Below are positions 1-8,720 of a stretch of 64,000 nt of DNA, piece after piece (the stretch's first letter is position 1; each line of letters opens with the position of its first letter). The stretch spans positions 78,783 to 142,782 of the IMG/VR virus record IMGVR_UViG_3300032292_000618; one strand, written 5' to 3'. The position numbers and the translations under genes were made by a program. The notes under the pieces were generated by a model that saw only the letters and a list, made by a program, of their open reading frames with translations, did no database searches and was not told where the DNA came from. Source of the stretch: a virus (Duplodnaviria; Caudoviricetes).

Positions 1-1
1 T

Positions 2-529
2 TCAGACAGTGGATTGAACTTCATGGCACAAGTTGGGTATCGTGCTCCTCAATGGGGTGCTGCTGTTGCTTATCGTTATGGTACTGAAGGCAGTCGTGTT
101 CGTACCTTTAATGCCCTTGGTGGTGGATCTGGTGTCCTTGCTACTGGACAAGAAAGCAATAGCATTGCTGCTAATGCTTACTGGCAACCTTCCCAAAGTG
201 GATTCGTGCCTTCCATTTCAGTAGGTTATGGATACAATGATGTTGATGGTGCTGGTAAGAAAACTGGTGCTACTGATTCTGATTCCTGGTTCGTTGGACT
301 TCAGTGGTCTGATGTGTTTGTTCAAGGTAATGCTGCTGGCATTGCTGTGGGTCAACCTGGAAATTCTGATAACATCTCTGATGATGCTACGATGCTTGAA
401 GTTTTCTACAAGTATAAAGTTTCAGACAACATCAGCATCACTCCTGCTATCTTCTATGTAAGTAACAACCAAAGATTCCAAAATGAATCTGCTTGGGGTG
501 GTGTGGTTCAGACCAAGTTCACATTCTGA
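2..529 (+). CDS. Cyanobacterial-type outer-membrane porin (Som/OprB-like), 5'-truncated by the window edge
   Basis: Alternating beta-strand pattern; EVFYKYKVSDNISITPAIFY and terminal GVVQTKFTF with C-terminal Phe, typical of cyanobacterial porins; frame is open from base 2. Confidence 0.85.
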   Translation, partial: SDSGLNFMAQVGYRAPQWGAAVAYRYGTEGSRVRTFNALGGGSGVLATGQESNSIAANAYWQPSQSGFVPSISVGYGYNDVDGAGKKTGATDSDSWFVGLQWSDVFVQGNAAGIAVGQPGNSDNISDDATMLEVFYKYKVSDNISITPAIFYVSNNQRFQNESAWGGVVQTKFTF

Positions 530-550
530 TAAACAACTCATAACATGAGT

Positions 551-580
551 AGAACCACCCTCAAAAGGGGTGGTTTTTTT
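551..580 (+). terminator. Rho-independent terminator after the porin
   Basis: AACCACCC-TCAAAAG-GGGTGGTT hairpin followed by a T run. Confidence 0.85.
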
Positions 581-626
581 ATAGATGATTTGCTATTGAT
601 AAATATAAAAAATATTATGTAGACCT

Positions 627-878
627 ATGTTAAAAATAAGGTGCAAAAATTGTAATACAGAATTAATATCACATCCAATAAGAACTAAATGTTGTGGATG
701 TGAAAATATGTCTTCTATAACAGGAGAAACCATTACAGCAATTGACTTGACATTAGTTGAATTGTTGAGTAGTATAGACAAGAAGAATAAAGATTCTCTT
801 TTTTCAAAAGAAGATCTTGCTTTTCAGGAAGCAAGAAAAAAACGTAAAATCAAAAAATTGGAGTTTGAAATTAAATGA
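627..878 (+). CDS. Small Cys-rich (CxxC...CxC) hypothetical protein
   Basis: 83-aa ORF with CKNC and CCGC; late-promoter-like ATAAATA at 599-605. Confidence 0.7.
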   Translation: MLKIRCKNCNTELISHPIRTKCCGCENMSSITGETITAIDLTLVELLSSIDKKNKDSLFSKEDLAFQEARKKRKIKKLEFEIK

Positions 879-1030
879 GTTGGGAGTCCCCAAAGTTAGG
901 AAAAGGTGATGTTGAATTAATCACTCTTGCACTAGATGACTACATATATTATTCTAAGCAAGATGGAATGGACGTTCGAGAAGCAGAAAAAATGTTGCTT
1001 AGATTAAATGACCATTTACAAAAATTCTAA
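875..1030 (+). CDS. Hypothetical protein, 51 aa (MSWESPKLGK...)
   Basis: Hand translation; ATGA overlap with the upstream stop and TAATG coupling to the next ORF. Confidence 0.65.
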   Translation: MSWESPKLGKGDVELITLALDDYIYYSKQDGMDVREAEKMLLRLNDHLQKF

Positions 1031-1185
1031 TGGATCAACACACCTATGATAATTGGGTGAAAATAAAAGAAACATTTGAAAAATCTGGTAATACCAATAA
1101 TATGTTTTACAAAAGAGCATGTGCTATAATAAAAACTAAAATAGATCCTATGGATAAATTTTGGAGCAACAAAGAAAAAGCTTGA
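1030..1185 (+). CDS. Hypothetical protein, 51 aa (MDQHTYDNWVKIKETFE...)
   Basis: Hand translation; translationally coupled to the upstream ORF. Confidence 0.7.
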   Translation: MDQHTYDNWVKIKETFEKSGNTNNMFYKRACAIIKTKIDPMDKFWSNKEKA

Positions 1186-1210
1186 CCTAACCCCAAGTTT
1201 ATAGTATGAT
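1182..1210 (+). promoter_or_regulatory. Sigma70-type early promoter
   Basis: TTGACC-N17-TATGAT. Confidence 0.7.
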
Positions 1211-1231
1211 AACTAAATCAACTTCAACATT

Positions 1232-1423
1232 ATGGAACAATTTACTATTGAACACTTTCAACAAGATTTTGATAATTTGTTGAATAGAGTTGAAAATGGA
1301 GAATCATTTTTAATCACAAGTGAATATGGTAATGCTGTAATGACTCCTTATGTTGGAAAAAACCAACTAAGTCTAGTTGATGAATTTGTTAAGATCCACA
1401 CAGAACATGAAGATGGACCTTAA
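1232..1423 (+). CDS. Phd/YefM-like antitoxin-family protein (orphan)
   Basis: FTIEHFQQDFDNLLNRVENGESFLITSEYGNAVM matches the Phd/YefM N-terminal pattern; no toxin adjacent. Confidence 0.65.
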   Translation: MEQFTIEHFQQDFDNLLNRVENGESFLITSEYGNAVMTPYVGKNQLSLVDEFVKIHTEHEDGP

Positions 1424-1431
1424 CTTTTTTA

Positions 1432-1503
1432 GGGAGTATAGCTTAATGGTTAGAGCGGGCTCCTTATAAGGGCTTAGTCTGGGTTCAACTCCCAGTATTC
1501 CCA
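1432..1503 (+). tRNA. trnI: tRNA-Ile(UAU)
   Basis: Cloverleaf: acceptor GGGAGTA/TATTCCC, D-loop AATGGTTA, anticodon stem GGCTC/GGGCT with loop CT-TAT-AA (1465-1467), T-arm CTGGG-TTCAACT-CCCAG; no encoded CCA. Confidence 0.92.
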
Positions 1504-1525
1504 TTTGCTATTCGCAAATAGCAAA
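1504..1525. repeat. Perfect 9-bp inverted repeat directly 3' of tRNA-Ile
   Basis: TTTGCTATT-CGCA-AATAGCAAA. Confidence 0.85.
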
Positions 1526-1528
1526 TAT

Positions 1529-1725
1529 AGTCATGGAGAGACTTTAAAAACCCTGGTCGGGATGAACCCCCTTCAGTCATGGAGAGACTTTAAAAATCCT
1601 GGTGGAGTCAATATGACCCTCATTAGGTTTCCAATTTCCTCAAAAAATTGGTGGTGCGGATGGAGGTTACTCCCGCCTGGTTTCCAATTTCCAGTTAAAG
1701 AATTGGTGGCGTGCATGAAAGACCT
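1529..1725 (+). ncRNA. Structured RNA of four tandem H-type pseudoknot + UGGY + hairpin units; 3' half resembles the cyanophage wcaG RNA motif
   Basis: 29-nt direct repeats at 1529-1557 and 1575-1603; GGTTTCCAATTTCC at 1626-1639 and 1679-1692 with loop CCAATT complementary to downstream AATTGG; lies upstream of gmd/fcl, the context described for wcaG RNAs. Confidence 0.75.
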
Positions 1726-1729
1726 AATA

Positions 1730-1756
1730 GGAGAGTTGCATAAACTCTCCTTTTTT
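1730..1756 (+). terminator. Intrinsic terminator closing the tRNA/ncRNA unit
   Basis: GGAGAGTT-GCATA-AACTCTCC-TTTTTT. Confidence 0.85.
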
Positions 1757-1764
1757 AGTATAAT
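1736..1764 (+). promoter_or_regulatory. Sigma70-type promoter for the gmd operon, embedded in the terminator
   Basis: TTGCAT-N17-TATAAT. Confidence 0.65.
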
Positions 1765-1784
1765 AATGAAAAAGTAATCTGTAT

Positions 1785-2786
1785 ATGAAAGTAGCTTTAA
1801 TTACTGGTATCACTGGCCAAGATGGATCGTATCTTGCTGAATTATTACTCCAAAAAGGTTATGAAGTTCATGGCATTATTAGAAGGTCTTCCCTTATCAA
1901 TACGCATCGTATTGATCATGTATATGATTCAATTAATTTGCATTATGGGGACCTTACTGATGCTACGAACTTAGTTAGAGTTATTCAACAAGTTCAACCA
2001 GATGAAATCTATAACCTTGCTGCACAAAGTCATGTAAAGGTATCTTTTGAGATGCCTGAGTACACTGCTGATGTTGATGGTGTTGGCACACTAAGGATCC
2101 TAGAATCAGTTAGGTTGCTTGGTATGGAAGATAAAGTGAGAATCTATCAGGCATCTACATCTGAACTGTATGGACTTGTTCAGGAAATCCCTCAGAAAGA
2201 AACAACACCTTTTTATCCTAGGTCTCCTTATGGTGTTGCTAAGTTATATGCTTATTGGATCACAAAGAACTATAGAGAAGCGTATGACATGTATGCCTGT
2301 ACTGGCATCCTGTTCAATCACGAATCTCCTAGAAGAGGAGAAACATTTGTAACTAGAAAGATTGTTAGAGCACTATCTAAAATTTCTTGTGGTTTGCAAG
2401 ATACATTATATCTGGGCAACCTTAATGCCCAAAGAGATTGGGGTCATGCAAAAGATTATGTAGAAGCAATGTGGTTAATGCTCCAGCAAAAATATGCAGA
2501 TGATTATGTTATTGCAACAGGAGAACAATACTCAGTCAGAGAATTTGTAGATAAAGCAGCACCTTACTTTGGATTTAATATTGAATGGAAAGGTAAATAT
2601 ATGGATGAAGTTGGGATTGATACTAATACTGGAAAAGAGGTTATTAAAGTAGATCCTAAATATTTTAGACCTGCTGAAGTAGAGACTTTGTTAGGTGATG
2701 CCTCTAAGGCAAAAGTTGAATTAGGTTGGGAACCTAAGATTTCATTTGATCAATTAGTTGAGGATATGTGCATTTATGGACAGTAA
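1785..2786 (+). CDS. gmd: GDP-mannose 4,6-dehydratase
   Basis: [58 protein letters not shown]. Confidence 0.97.
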   Translation: MKVALITGITGQDGSYLAELLLQKGYEVHGIIRRSSLINTHRIDHVYDSINLHYGDLTDATNLVRVIQQVQPDEIYNLAAQSHVKVSFEMPEYTADVDGVGTLRILESVRLLGMEDKVRIYQASTSELYGLVQEIPQKETTPFYPRSPYGVAKLYAYWITKNYREAYDMYACTGILFNHESPRRGETFVTRKIVRALSKISCGLQDTLYLGNLNAQRDWGHAKDYVEAMWLMLQQKYADDYVIATGEQYSVREFVDKAAPYFGFNIEWKGKYMDEVGIDTNTGKEVIKVDPKYFRPAEVETLLGDASKAKVELGWEPKISFDQLVEDMCIYGQ

Positions 2787-3744
2787 TTCTAAAGTATTGG
2801 TTGCCGGTGCCAATGGAATGGTTGGATCGGCAATTGTCAGAAATCTTGAGAGTAAAGGATATACTAATATCATGAAAGGAACTCGCCATATTGTAGATTT
2901 TACTGACCAAGAAGAAACTGATAGGTTTTTTCAGTTAGCAAAACCCGAGTATGTTTTTGTTGCCGCTGCTAAAGTTGGTGGCATTATGGCAAACAATAAC
3001 TATAAGGCAGATTTTCTAACTGAGAATCTTCGCATTCAAACTAATATTATTGAGTCTGCTAATCGTTGGAATGCAACTAAACTTCTGTTCCTTGGTTCCT
3101 CTTGCATCTATCCTAAGTTTGCTACTCAACCAATCAGAGAAGATCAGTTTATGACTGGTTCTTTGGAACCAACAAACGATGCCTATGCAATTGCCAAGAT
3201 ATCTGGTATTATGATGTGTCAGGCATATAGAGAACAGTATGGGTTCAATGCCATCTCACTGATGCCTACAAATCTTTATGGTACTAATGATAATTTTGAT
3301 TTGGAAACATCACATGTTCTTCCTGCAATGATTAGGAAGTTTCATGAAGCTGCTAGAAAGGGATATGTAATAGATCCAGGTGGTCCTTGGTATGGTCCAT
3401 CAGTAGAATTGTGGGGAGATGGATCTGCAAGGAGAGAGTTTCTTCATGTTGATGATCTTGCAGAAGCATGTTTCAGATGTATGATTTCATACGATGATTC
3501 TGAAATTATTAATGTAGGAACTGGTGAAGATCTTACTATTAAAGAACTTGCAGAATTAATTTCTATTATTGTTGATTATCCAGGTAAAATTGAATGGGAT
3601 ACTTCTAAACCTAATGGTACTCCTAGAAAAGTCTTGAATGTAGACAAAATCAAATCTCTTGGTTGGAGTCCTAAGATTGGGATTCGTCAAGGAATCTATG
3701 AAACTTATGAGTGGTACAAGAATGAGCAAACTAGTAATCTTTGA
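2776..3744 (+). CDS. fcl: GDP-L-fucose synthase (WcaG/Fcl)
   Basis: [54 protein letters not shown]; start set to the ATG of MDSNSK. Confidence 0.96.
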   Translation: MDSNSKVLVAGANGMVGSAIVRNLESKGYTNIMKGTRHIVDFTDQEETDRFFQLAKPEYVFVAAAKVGGIMANNNYKADFLTENLRIQTNIIESANRWNATKLLFLGSSCIYPKFATQPIREDQFMTGSLEPTNDAYAIAKISGIMMCQAYREQYGFNAISLMPTNLYGTNDNFDLETSHVLPAMIRKFHEAARKGYVIDPGGPWYGPSVELWGDGSARREFLHVDDLAEACFRCMISYDDSEIINVGTGEDLTIKELAELISIIVDYPGKIEWDTSKPNGTPRKVLNVDKIKSLGWSPKIGIRQGIYETYEWYKNEQTSNL

Positions 3745-5089
3745 TTTAGATGGTGTTTTGATTGATAGCAAGGACTATCACTATGAAGCACTTAATCAGG
3801 CACTTGGAGACAAGTACTCTATTAGTAGAGAAGAGCATGTTAGCGTTTATGATGGTCTTCCAACCAGGGCAAAGTTAGAACTTCTTACTAAAAATAAAGG
3901 TTTGCCGGTAGATCTTTATGATCAGATTTGGCAAGACAAACAAGAGGCAACACTTAAGATCTTTAATGACTGTGTAGCAAAAGATTATGAGTTGATGGGA
4001 TACTTCCAACAACTTGTAGATGCTGGGTATAAGATTGCTGTTGCATCTAATTCTATTAGGAATACTGTTAAAATACTTTTATTAAGATTGGGAGTATTGG
4101 AGTTTGTAGACATGTATGTGTCTAATGAAGATGTAGTCAGGAACAAGCCATTCCCAGCAATGTATTGGAAGTGTATGACTGCTCTTGGTGCTCTTCCTGC
4201 AGATACTGTGATTGTTGAGGATAGTCATATTGGCAGACAGGGAGCATTAGATAGTAAGGCACATCTGGTTCCAGTAGAAAATAGAAAAGATCTTAATCAA
4301 GAAAAGATCAATAGAATTAAAAAGATTTTAAATGGCACAAAACAAAAAGTGGCATGGGAGAGTAAGACCATGAATGTTCTGATTCCTATGGCAGGAGCTG
4401 GTAGTAGATTTGCTAGTCAGGGATATACCTTCCCTAAACCTTTGATTGAAGTTAGAGGGAAACCAATGATTCAGGTAGTAGTTGAGAACCTGAATATTAA
4501 AGCAAACTATACTTTTATTGTTCAGAAAGAACACTATGAAAAATATAATTTAAATTATCTACTTCCCCTGATTGCTCCCAATTGTAATATTGTTCAAGTA
4601 GATGGAATCACTGAAGGTGCTGCTTGTACAACTCTTCTTGCTAAAGAGTTTATCAATAATGATGAACCTCTGGTGATGGCAAACTCAGACCAGTTTGTTG
4701 TATGGGATTCTAATGAAACTCTCTATGCATTTCAGAATGGTGAATGTGATGGAGGTATCCTGACATTCCCTGCAACTCACCCTAAATGGTCCTATGCTAA
4801 GCTTGGTGATGATGGGTATGTTGAAGAAGTTGCAGAGAAGAAACCAATCTCTGAACATGCTACTGTTGGTATCTACTACTGGAAGAAAGGTTCTGATTAT
4901 GTAAAGTATGCAGAACAAATGATTAAGAAAAACATTAGAGTTAATAATGAATTCTATGTCTGTCCAGTATTCAATGAGGCAATTTCCGATAGTAAAAAAA
5001 TCAGAATTAAAGAGATTGAAAAGGATGGGATGTGGGGTATTGGGACACCTGAAGATTTAAATTATTTCTTGGAGCACTACAAAGAATGA
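3722..5089 (+). CDS. HAD-family phosphatase fused to a sugar nucleotidyltransferase
   Basis: N-terminal [11 protein letters not shown]...KPFP...VEDS (HAD motifs); C-terminal LIPMAGAGSRF...PKPLI...EKK...GTPEDL (NTP transferase). Confidence 0.9.
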   Translation: MSKLVIFDLDGVLIDSKDYHYEALNQALGDKYSISREEHVSVYDGLPTRAKLELLTKNKGLPVDLYDQIWQDKQEATLKIFNDCVAKDYELMGYFQQLVDAGYKIAVASNSIRNTVKILLLRLGVLEFVDMYVSNEDVVRNKPFPAMYWKCMTALGALPADTVIVEDSHIGRQGALDSKAHLVPVENRKDLNQEKINRIKKILNGTKQKVAWESKTMNVLIPMAGAGSRFASQGYTFPKPLIEVRGKPMIQVVVENLNIKANYTFIVQKEHYEKYNLNYLLPLIAPNCNIVQVDGITEGAACTTLLAKEFINNDEPLVMANSDQFVVWDSNETLYAFQNGECDGGILTFPATHPKWSYAKLGDDGYVEEVAEKKPISEHATVGIYYWKKGSDYVKYAEQMIKKNIRVNNEFYVCPVFNEAISDSKKIRIKEIEKDGMWGIGTPEDLNYFLEHYKE

Positions 5090-5550
5090 AACTGATTGCA
5101 CATAGAGGAAATATTAACGGACCTGATCCCTCTAAGGAAAATAATCCAGATTATATTGAACAAGCAATTTCTCAAGGTTTTGATGTTGAAATTGATGTTA
5201 GATATAGTCCTCTAGATTCTAAATTGTATCTAGGACATGATGAACCAGATTATAAAGTAGATTGGTTTTGGTTTGGTAAATATAGAGATAATTTATGGAT
5301 TCATTGTAAAAACATTGAAGCACTTTATGAGTTTTCTCGTGGCACAAGTGGATTTAATTATTTTTGGCATCAAGAAGATGATTATAGTTTAACTAGTAGA
5401 AATTATATTTGGACTTATCCAGGTAAACCTTATACTTCAAAGTCTGTAATAGTCATGCCAGAATGGAATAAAAATGTAAATGAATTTGTAGACCTTAGAG
5501 CATATGATTGCTTTGGTATTTGTAGTGATTATGTTGGGTATCTAGTATGA
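5086..5550 (+). CDS. Glycerophosphodiester phosphodiesterase-like protein
   Basis: IAHRGN...EN...VEIDV...LGHD. Confidence 0.75.
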   Translation: MKLIAHRGNINGPDPSKENNPDYIEQAISQGFDVEIDVRYSPLDSKLYLGHDEPDYKVDWFWFGKYRDNLWIHCKNIEALYEFSRGTSGFNYFWHQEDDYSLTSRNYIWTYPGKPYTSKSVIVMPEWNKNVNEFVDLRAYDCFGICSDYVGYLV

Positions 5551-6233
5551 AATTTACTTTTGGTATTATTACTGATGGAAATTCTGAAGATAATTTAAAT
5601 AAAGTTATTGACAGCATAGAATCACAAAATATTAAAGAGTATCAAATTATAATAGTTGGGAACAGTTATATCTCTAGAGATAATACTTTTATAATTCCAT
5701 TTAATGAAACTATTAGACCTTCTTGGATTACTAGGAAAAAGAATTTAATTACTATAAATTCTAGATATGAAAATATAGTTTACTCTCATGACTATGTTGT
5801 ATTTGAACCTGGATGGTATGATGGGTTTTTAAAATTTGGAGAAGATTTTAAAATTTGTATGAACAAGTTCGTGAATCCAGATAACTCAAGATTTAGAGAT
5901 TGGGTAATTTGGCCACATAATGATAATTTTATGGATGGTATTGTTCTCCCTAACAGAGAATGCTTGATCCCATATGATATTACTCATCTATCCAAGTACA
6001 TGTATATTTCTGGAACATATTGGGTTGCTAAAAAAAGCACCATGATGGAATTCCCATTAAATGAAAATCTTTCTTGGGGGCAGGGAGAAGATGTGTTCTG
6101 GTCAAAGCAAGTCAGACAAAAATATGATTTTTCAATTAATCAATTCTCAACAGTAAAATCTTTAAAATTTAAAGATCCTGCATTCAATATTACAGGTCAA
6201 GATACTGCTGATAAGTTAAGAGAGGTTGTATGA
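5547..6233 (+). CDS. Glycosyltransferase, GT-A/GT2-like
   Basis: FTFGIIT...IDSI...IIIVGN...HDY...GEDVFWS. Confidence 0.7.
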   Translation: MKFTFGIITDGNSEDNLNKVIDSIESQNIKEYQIIIVGNSYISRDNTFIIPFNETIRPSWITRKKNLITINSRYENIVYSHDYVVFEPGWYDGFLKFGEDFKICMNKFVNPDNSRFRDWVIWPHNDNFMDGIVLPNRECLIPYDITHLSKYMYISGTYWVAKKSTMMEFPLNENLSWGQGEDVFWSKQVRQKYDFSINQFSTVKSLKFKDPAFNITGQDTADKLREVV

Positions 6234-7084
6234 AAAAAGTTGCAGTTATAATGCTTGGGGGCATTAGGCAAAAGGATCTTTTTTGGAAGTCCTACAATAA
6301 CTGTATTTCTGGATATCCTCATGATTTGATAGTTGTTCATAGAGACTATGCTGGATTTCCATCTAAGGTTAGAAACTATGATGGGAGGATGATTATAGAA
6401 AATAAAATTATTAATGGTCAGGATATTCCACATAAAGCTTTTGGTGCTTATAGACATTACTTCTATAAGTATAAAAGTGATTATGAATTTTTTGTTTTTA
6501 TATCAGATGATGTTATCTTAAAAAGAGATAATTGGTTAAAAGATATTATTCATACCATGTACTCCCATGAGAAAATTGGATTTGGAGCAAGTCAAATATT
6601 TAATGGACATAAATCATATCCACATGAAAGTCATTTAAGATCCCCTTTTTGGTTTGCTAAAGCAGAAGTATTAGATCAAATAAATTGGGAGTTTACTTGG
6701 GATCATGATGGAGAAATGAAAATAGGAGATCAATGCACTGCAGTTGGATATGTTGGTGTTCAAGTTGGAAATAAAATTAATCTTGGATATGATGCAACTG
6801 AACAAGATCACATCACTCAACTATTAGAAAAAAAATATTGTTCTCCATATAGTCCTTATTCAAAATTTAAATCTGATGATTTTTTTAAAATAGCTTTTGA
6901 AAAATTATCAGAGACTGACATATTTCAAGAGTTTGTAGAATCTCCTTATCCCCATATAGGATTTCAAAATACCTTTATTGATATAGAACCATTTAATAAT
7001 TTGATCTACTATCCTTCATTGGAAATTGCAAAAACTTATTCCTTAGTTAAAAGTCTTCCATACGATATTAATGTGTTATGTTAA
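6230..7084 (+). CDS. Putative glycosyltransferase (GT-A-like)
   Basis: FFVFISDDVIL (DxD-like) and operon context. Confidence 0.5.
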   Translation: MKKVAVIMLGGIRQKDLFWKSYNNCISGYPHDLIVVHRDYAGFPSKVRNYDGRMIIENKIINGQDIPHKAFGAYRHYFYKYKSDYEFFVFISDDVILKRDNWLKDIIHTMYSHEKIGFGASQIFNGHKSYPHESHLRSPFWFAKAEVLDQINWEFTWDHDGEMKIGDQCTAVGYVGVQVGNKINLGYDATEQDHITQLLEKKYCSPYSPYSKFKSDDFFKIAFEKLSETDIFQEFVESPYPHIGFQNTFIDIEPFNNLIYYPSLEIAKTYSLVKSLPYDINVLC

Positions 7085-7761
7085 ATTTTAAACAAGTTAC
7101 AGACATCCTTTTAAATCTAAAGGGAATAGAGTTTGGAGGACCTACTGAACTTTTTAGTGAACTGCAACATAACATGTTGCTATATCCATATGTAAATTTG
7201 GATGGGGGAAATATTATAAGTAATAATTACTTTCAGACAAATATATCATCAAATTTTATCTATGGAGATAAAATAGGAAGACAATATGATGTTGATTGTA
7301 CAAATGAGGATCAATTAAAGAAGTTAAAGAAATATGATTTTGTTGTAACCTCACATGCAATAGAGCACTTTGCAAATCCCATTCATACTTTAAAGTTGTG
7401 GCAACAATATCTGTTGAATTCAGGTGGTTATATTTTAACTATTATTCCAGACTATCAATATTGTTTTGACAGGAAGAGACCACTAACCAGAATGGATCAT
7501 TTGATTTGTGATTATGTGGAAGGGGTTGGGGAAGATGATACTACCCATATAGAAGAACAGAAACAATTACATGATTGGTCTTATGGTGGGCATCATCAAT
7601 TCTATGAATTATGTGAAATCAATCATCTCACAAGAGTTGTACATCATCACACATTTACGATAGAATTAGTAGAAGAACTTTTTGATTATTGTGGATTTGA
7701 AAAAGTCCTATCATTTAAGAATGATGAATTGAACATTGTAAATCTGTCTAGGATTCCATGA
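7078..7761 (+). CDS. Class I SAM-dependent methyltransferase
   Basis: GIEFGGP, YDFVVTSHAIEHFANP, LNSGGYILTIIPD. Confidence 0.8.
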   Translation: MLNFKQVTDILLNLKGIEFGGPTELFSELQHNMLLYPYVNLDGGNIISNNYFQTNISSNFIYGDKIGRQYDVDCTNEDQLKKLKKYDFVVTSHAIEHFANPIHTLKLWQQYLLNSGGYILTIIPDYQYCFDRKRPLTRMDHLICDYVEGVGEDDTTHIEEQKQLHDWSYGGHHQFYELCEINHLTRVVHHHTFTIELVEELFDYCGFEKVLSFKNDELNIVNLSRIP

Positions 7762-8720
7762 TTACTATTAATTATTTGTCCCATCAAAGAAAAGATCTCC
7801 ATAAGTATTGGGAGATAACAACACATTTTCTGAATAAAATTAAACCAGAGAATAAAGAGAAAGTAAAAATTAATGTTCTTGCATCAAAGTCTTTTGATTG
7901 GGGATCTTATCTTGAAGGATTTGAATCTCAAGTTATGGTGTTTCCTGATGTAGAACTCAACTACATGCAAAAGATTAGTGCAGCATTAGATGAAACAAAT
8001 AAGTATTCAGTTAAGCTTGATGAAGATTGTTTTATTAGCAATCATGTATGGGATTATATTATTGAGAACATAGATGTCTTAGATGATGAAGATAATTTTA
8101 TTCTTACACCAATGCTGTCTAATGGTATTCCCCATACAGATAGATTTGTAGAATCTTTTGTTAAAGATCCTTGGATGATAGGGGCAATATATAGAAATTA
8201 TTTGAACCAAGAAATGCCCAATGGATTATGGGGTGCAGATTATACTCCTCTAAATGCACATACAATCAATGCTAATTCTTGGGACTCCAAAGCATTTTTT
8301 GAAGGTGTTTCTAACCTGAATACATACTTAAAGGGAATTCACCCTATTAGAATTTGTGCTAAAGCTCAGTTATTATTAAACAATTATATTGTAGAAAACT
8401 TTGATAGACTAATATCAAAGCATGACTATAGTATCAAAGAATTTAAAGAACCATATTACACAACAAGCACATTTATAATTAAAACTGAAGATTGGAAAAG
8501 GTTACTAGATATTGGTGCTCATGATTCATTTGATGAAATTCAGTTGAATTTGTATAGAGAAAAGTATAATAAAAAGTTTCTTTATATTGAAAATGGATTT
8601 GGCATCCATACCATTTACAATACCATCTATGGTAACAAAAATATTTGGAACATAGGTATGGAAGATGGGTACACCTATGAGGTAGAATTTGTAGACAGCA
8701 TTCTTGGTAAATTAAAATGA
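7758..8720 (+). CDS. Putative glycosyltransferase
   Basis: YSVKLDEDCFI DxD motif and operon context. Confidence 0.55.
   Translation: MITINYLSHQRKDLHKYWEITTHFLNKIKPENKEKVKINVLASKSFDWGSYLEGFESQVMVFPDVELNYMQKISAALDETNKYSVKLDEDCFISNHVWDYIIENIDVLDDEDNFILTPMLSNGIPHTDRFVESFVKDPWMIGAIYRNYLNQEMPNGLWGADYTPLNAHTINANSWDSKAFFEGVSNLNTYLKGIHPIRICAKAQLLLNNYIVENFDRLISKHDYSIKEFKEPYYTTSTFIIKTEDWKRLLDIGAHDSFDEIQLNLYREKYNKKFLYIENGFGIHTIYNTIYGNKNIWNIGMEDGYTYEVEFVDSILGKLK

Noticed and set aside
1529-1710. Possible CRISPR mini-array (29-nt repeats; GTTTCC-starting repeats)
   Set aside because: Only two copies of each repeat type, a 17-nt spacer between the 29-nt copies, structured spacers, no GAAA(C/G) end and no cas genes; the Cas4-like gene at 27256 sits in the usual T4-like exonuclease position
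1505-1777. 90-aa ORF in the ORF track
   Set aside because: TTG start with no ribosome-binding site; overlaps the structured repeats, terminator and promoter; better explained as ncRNA
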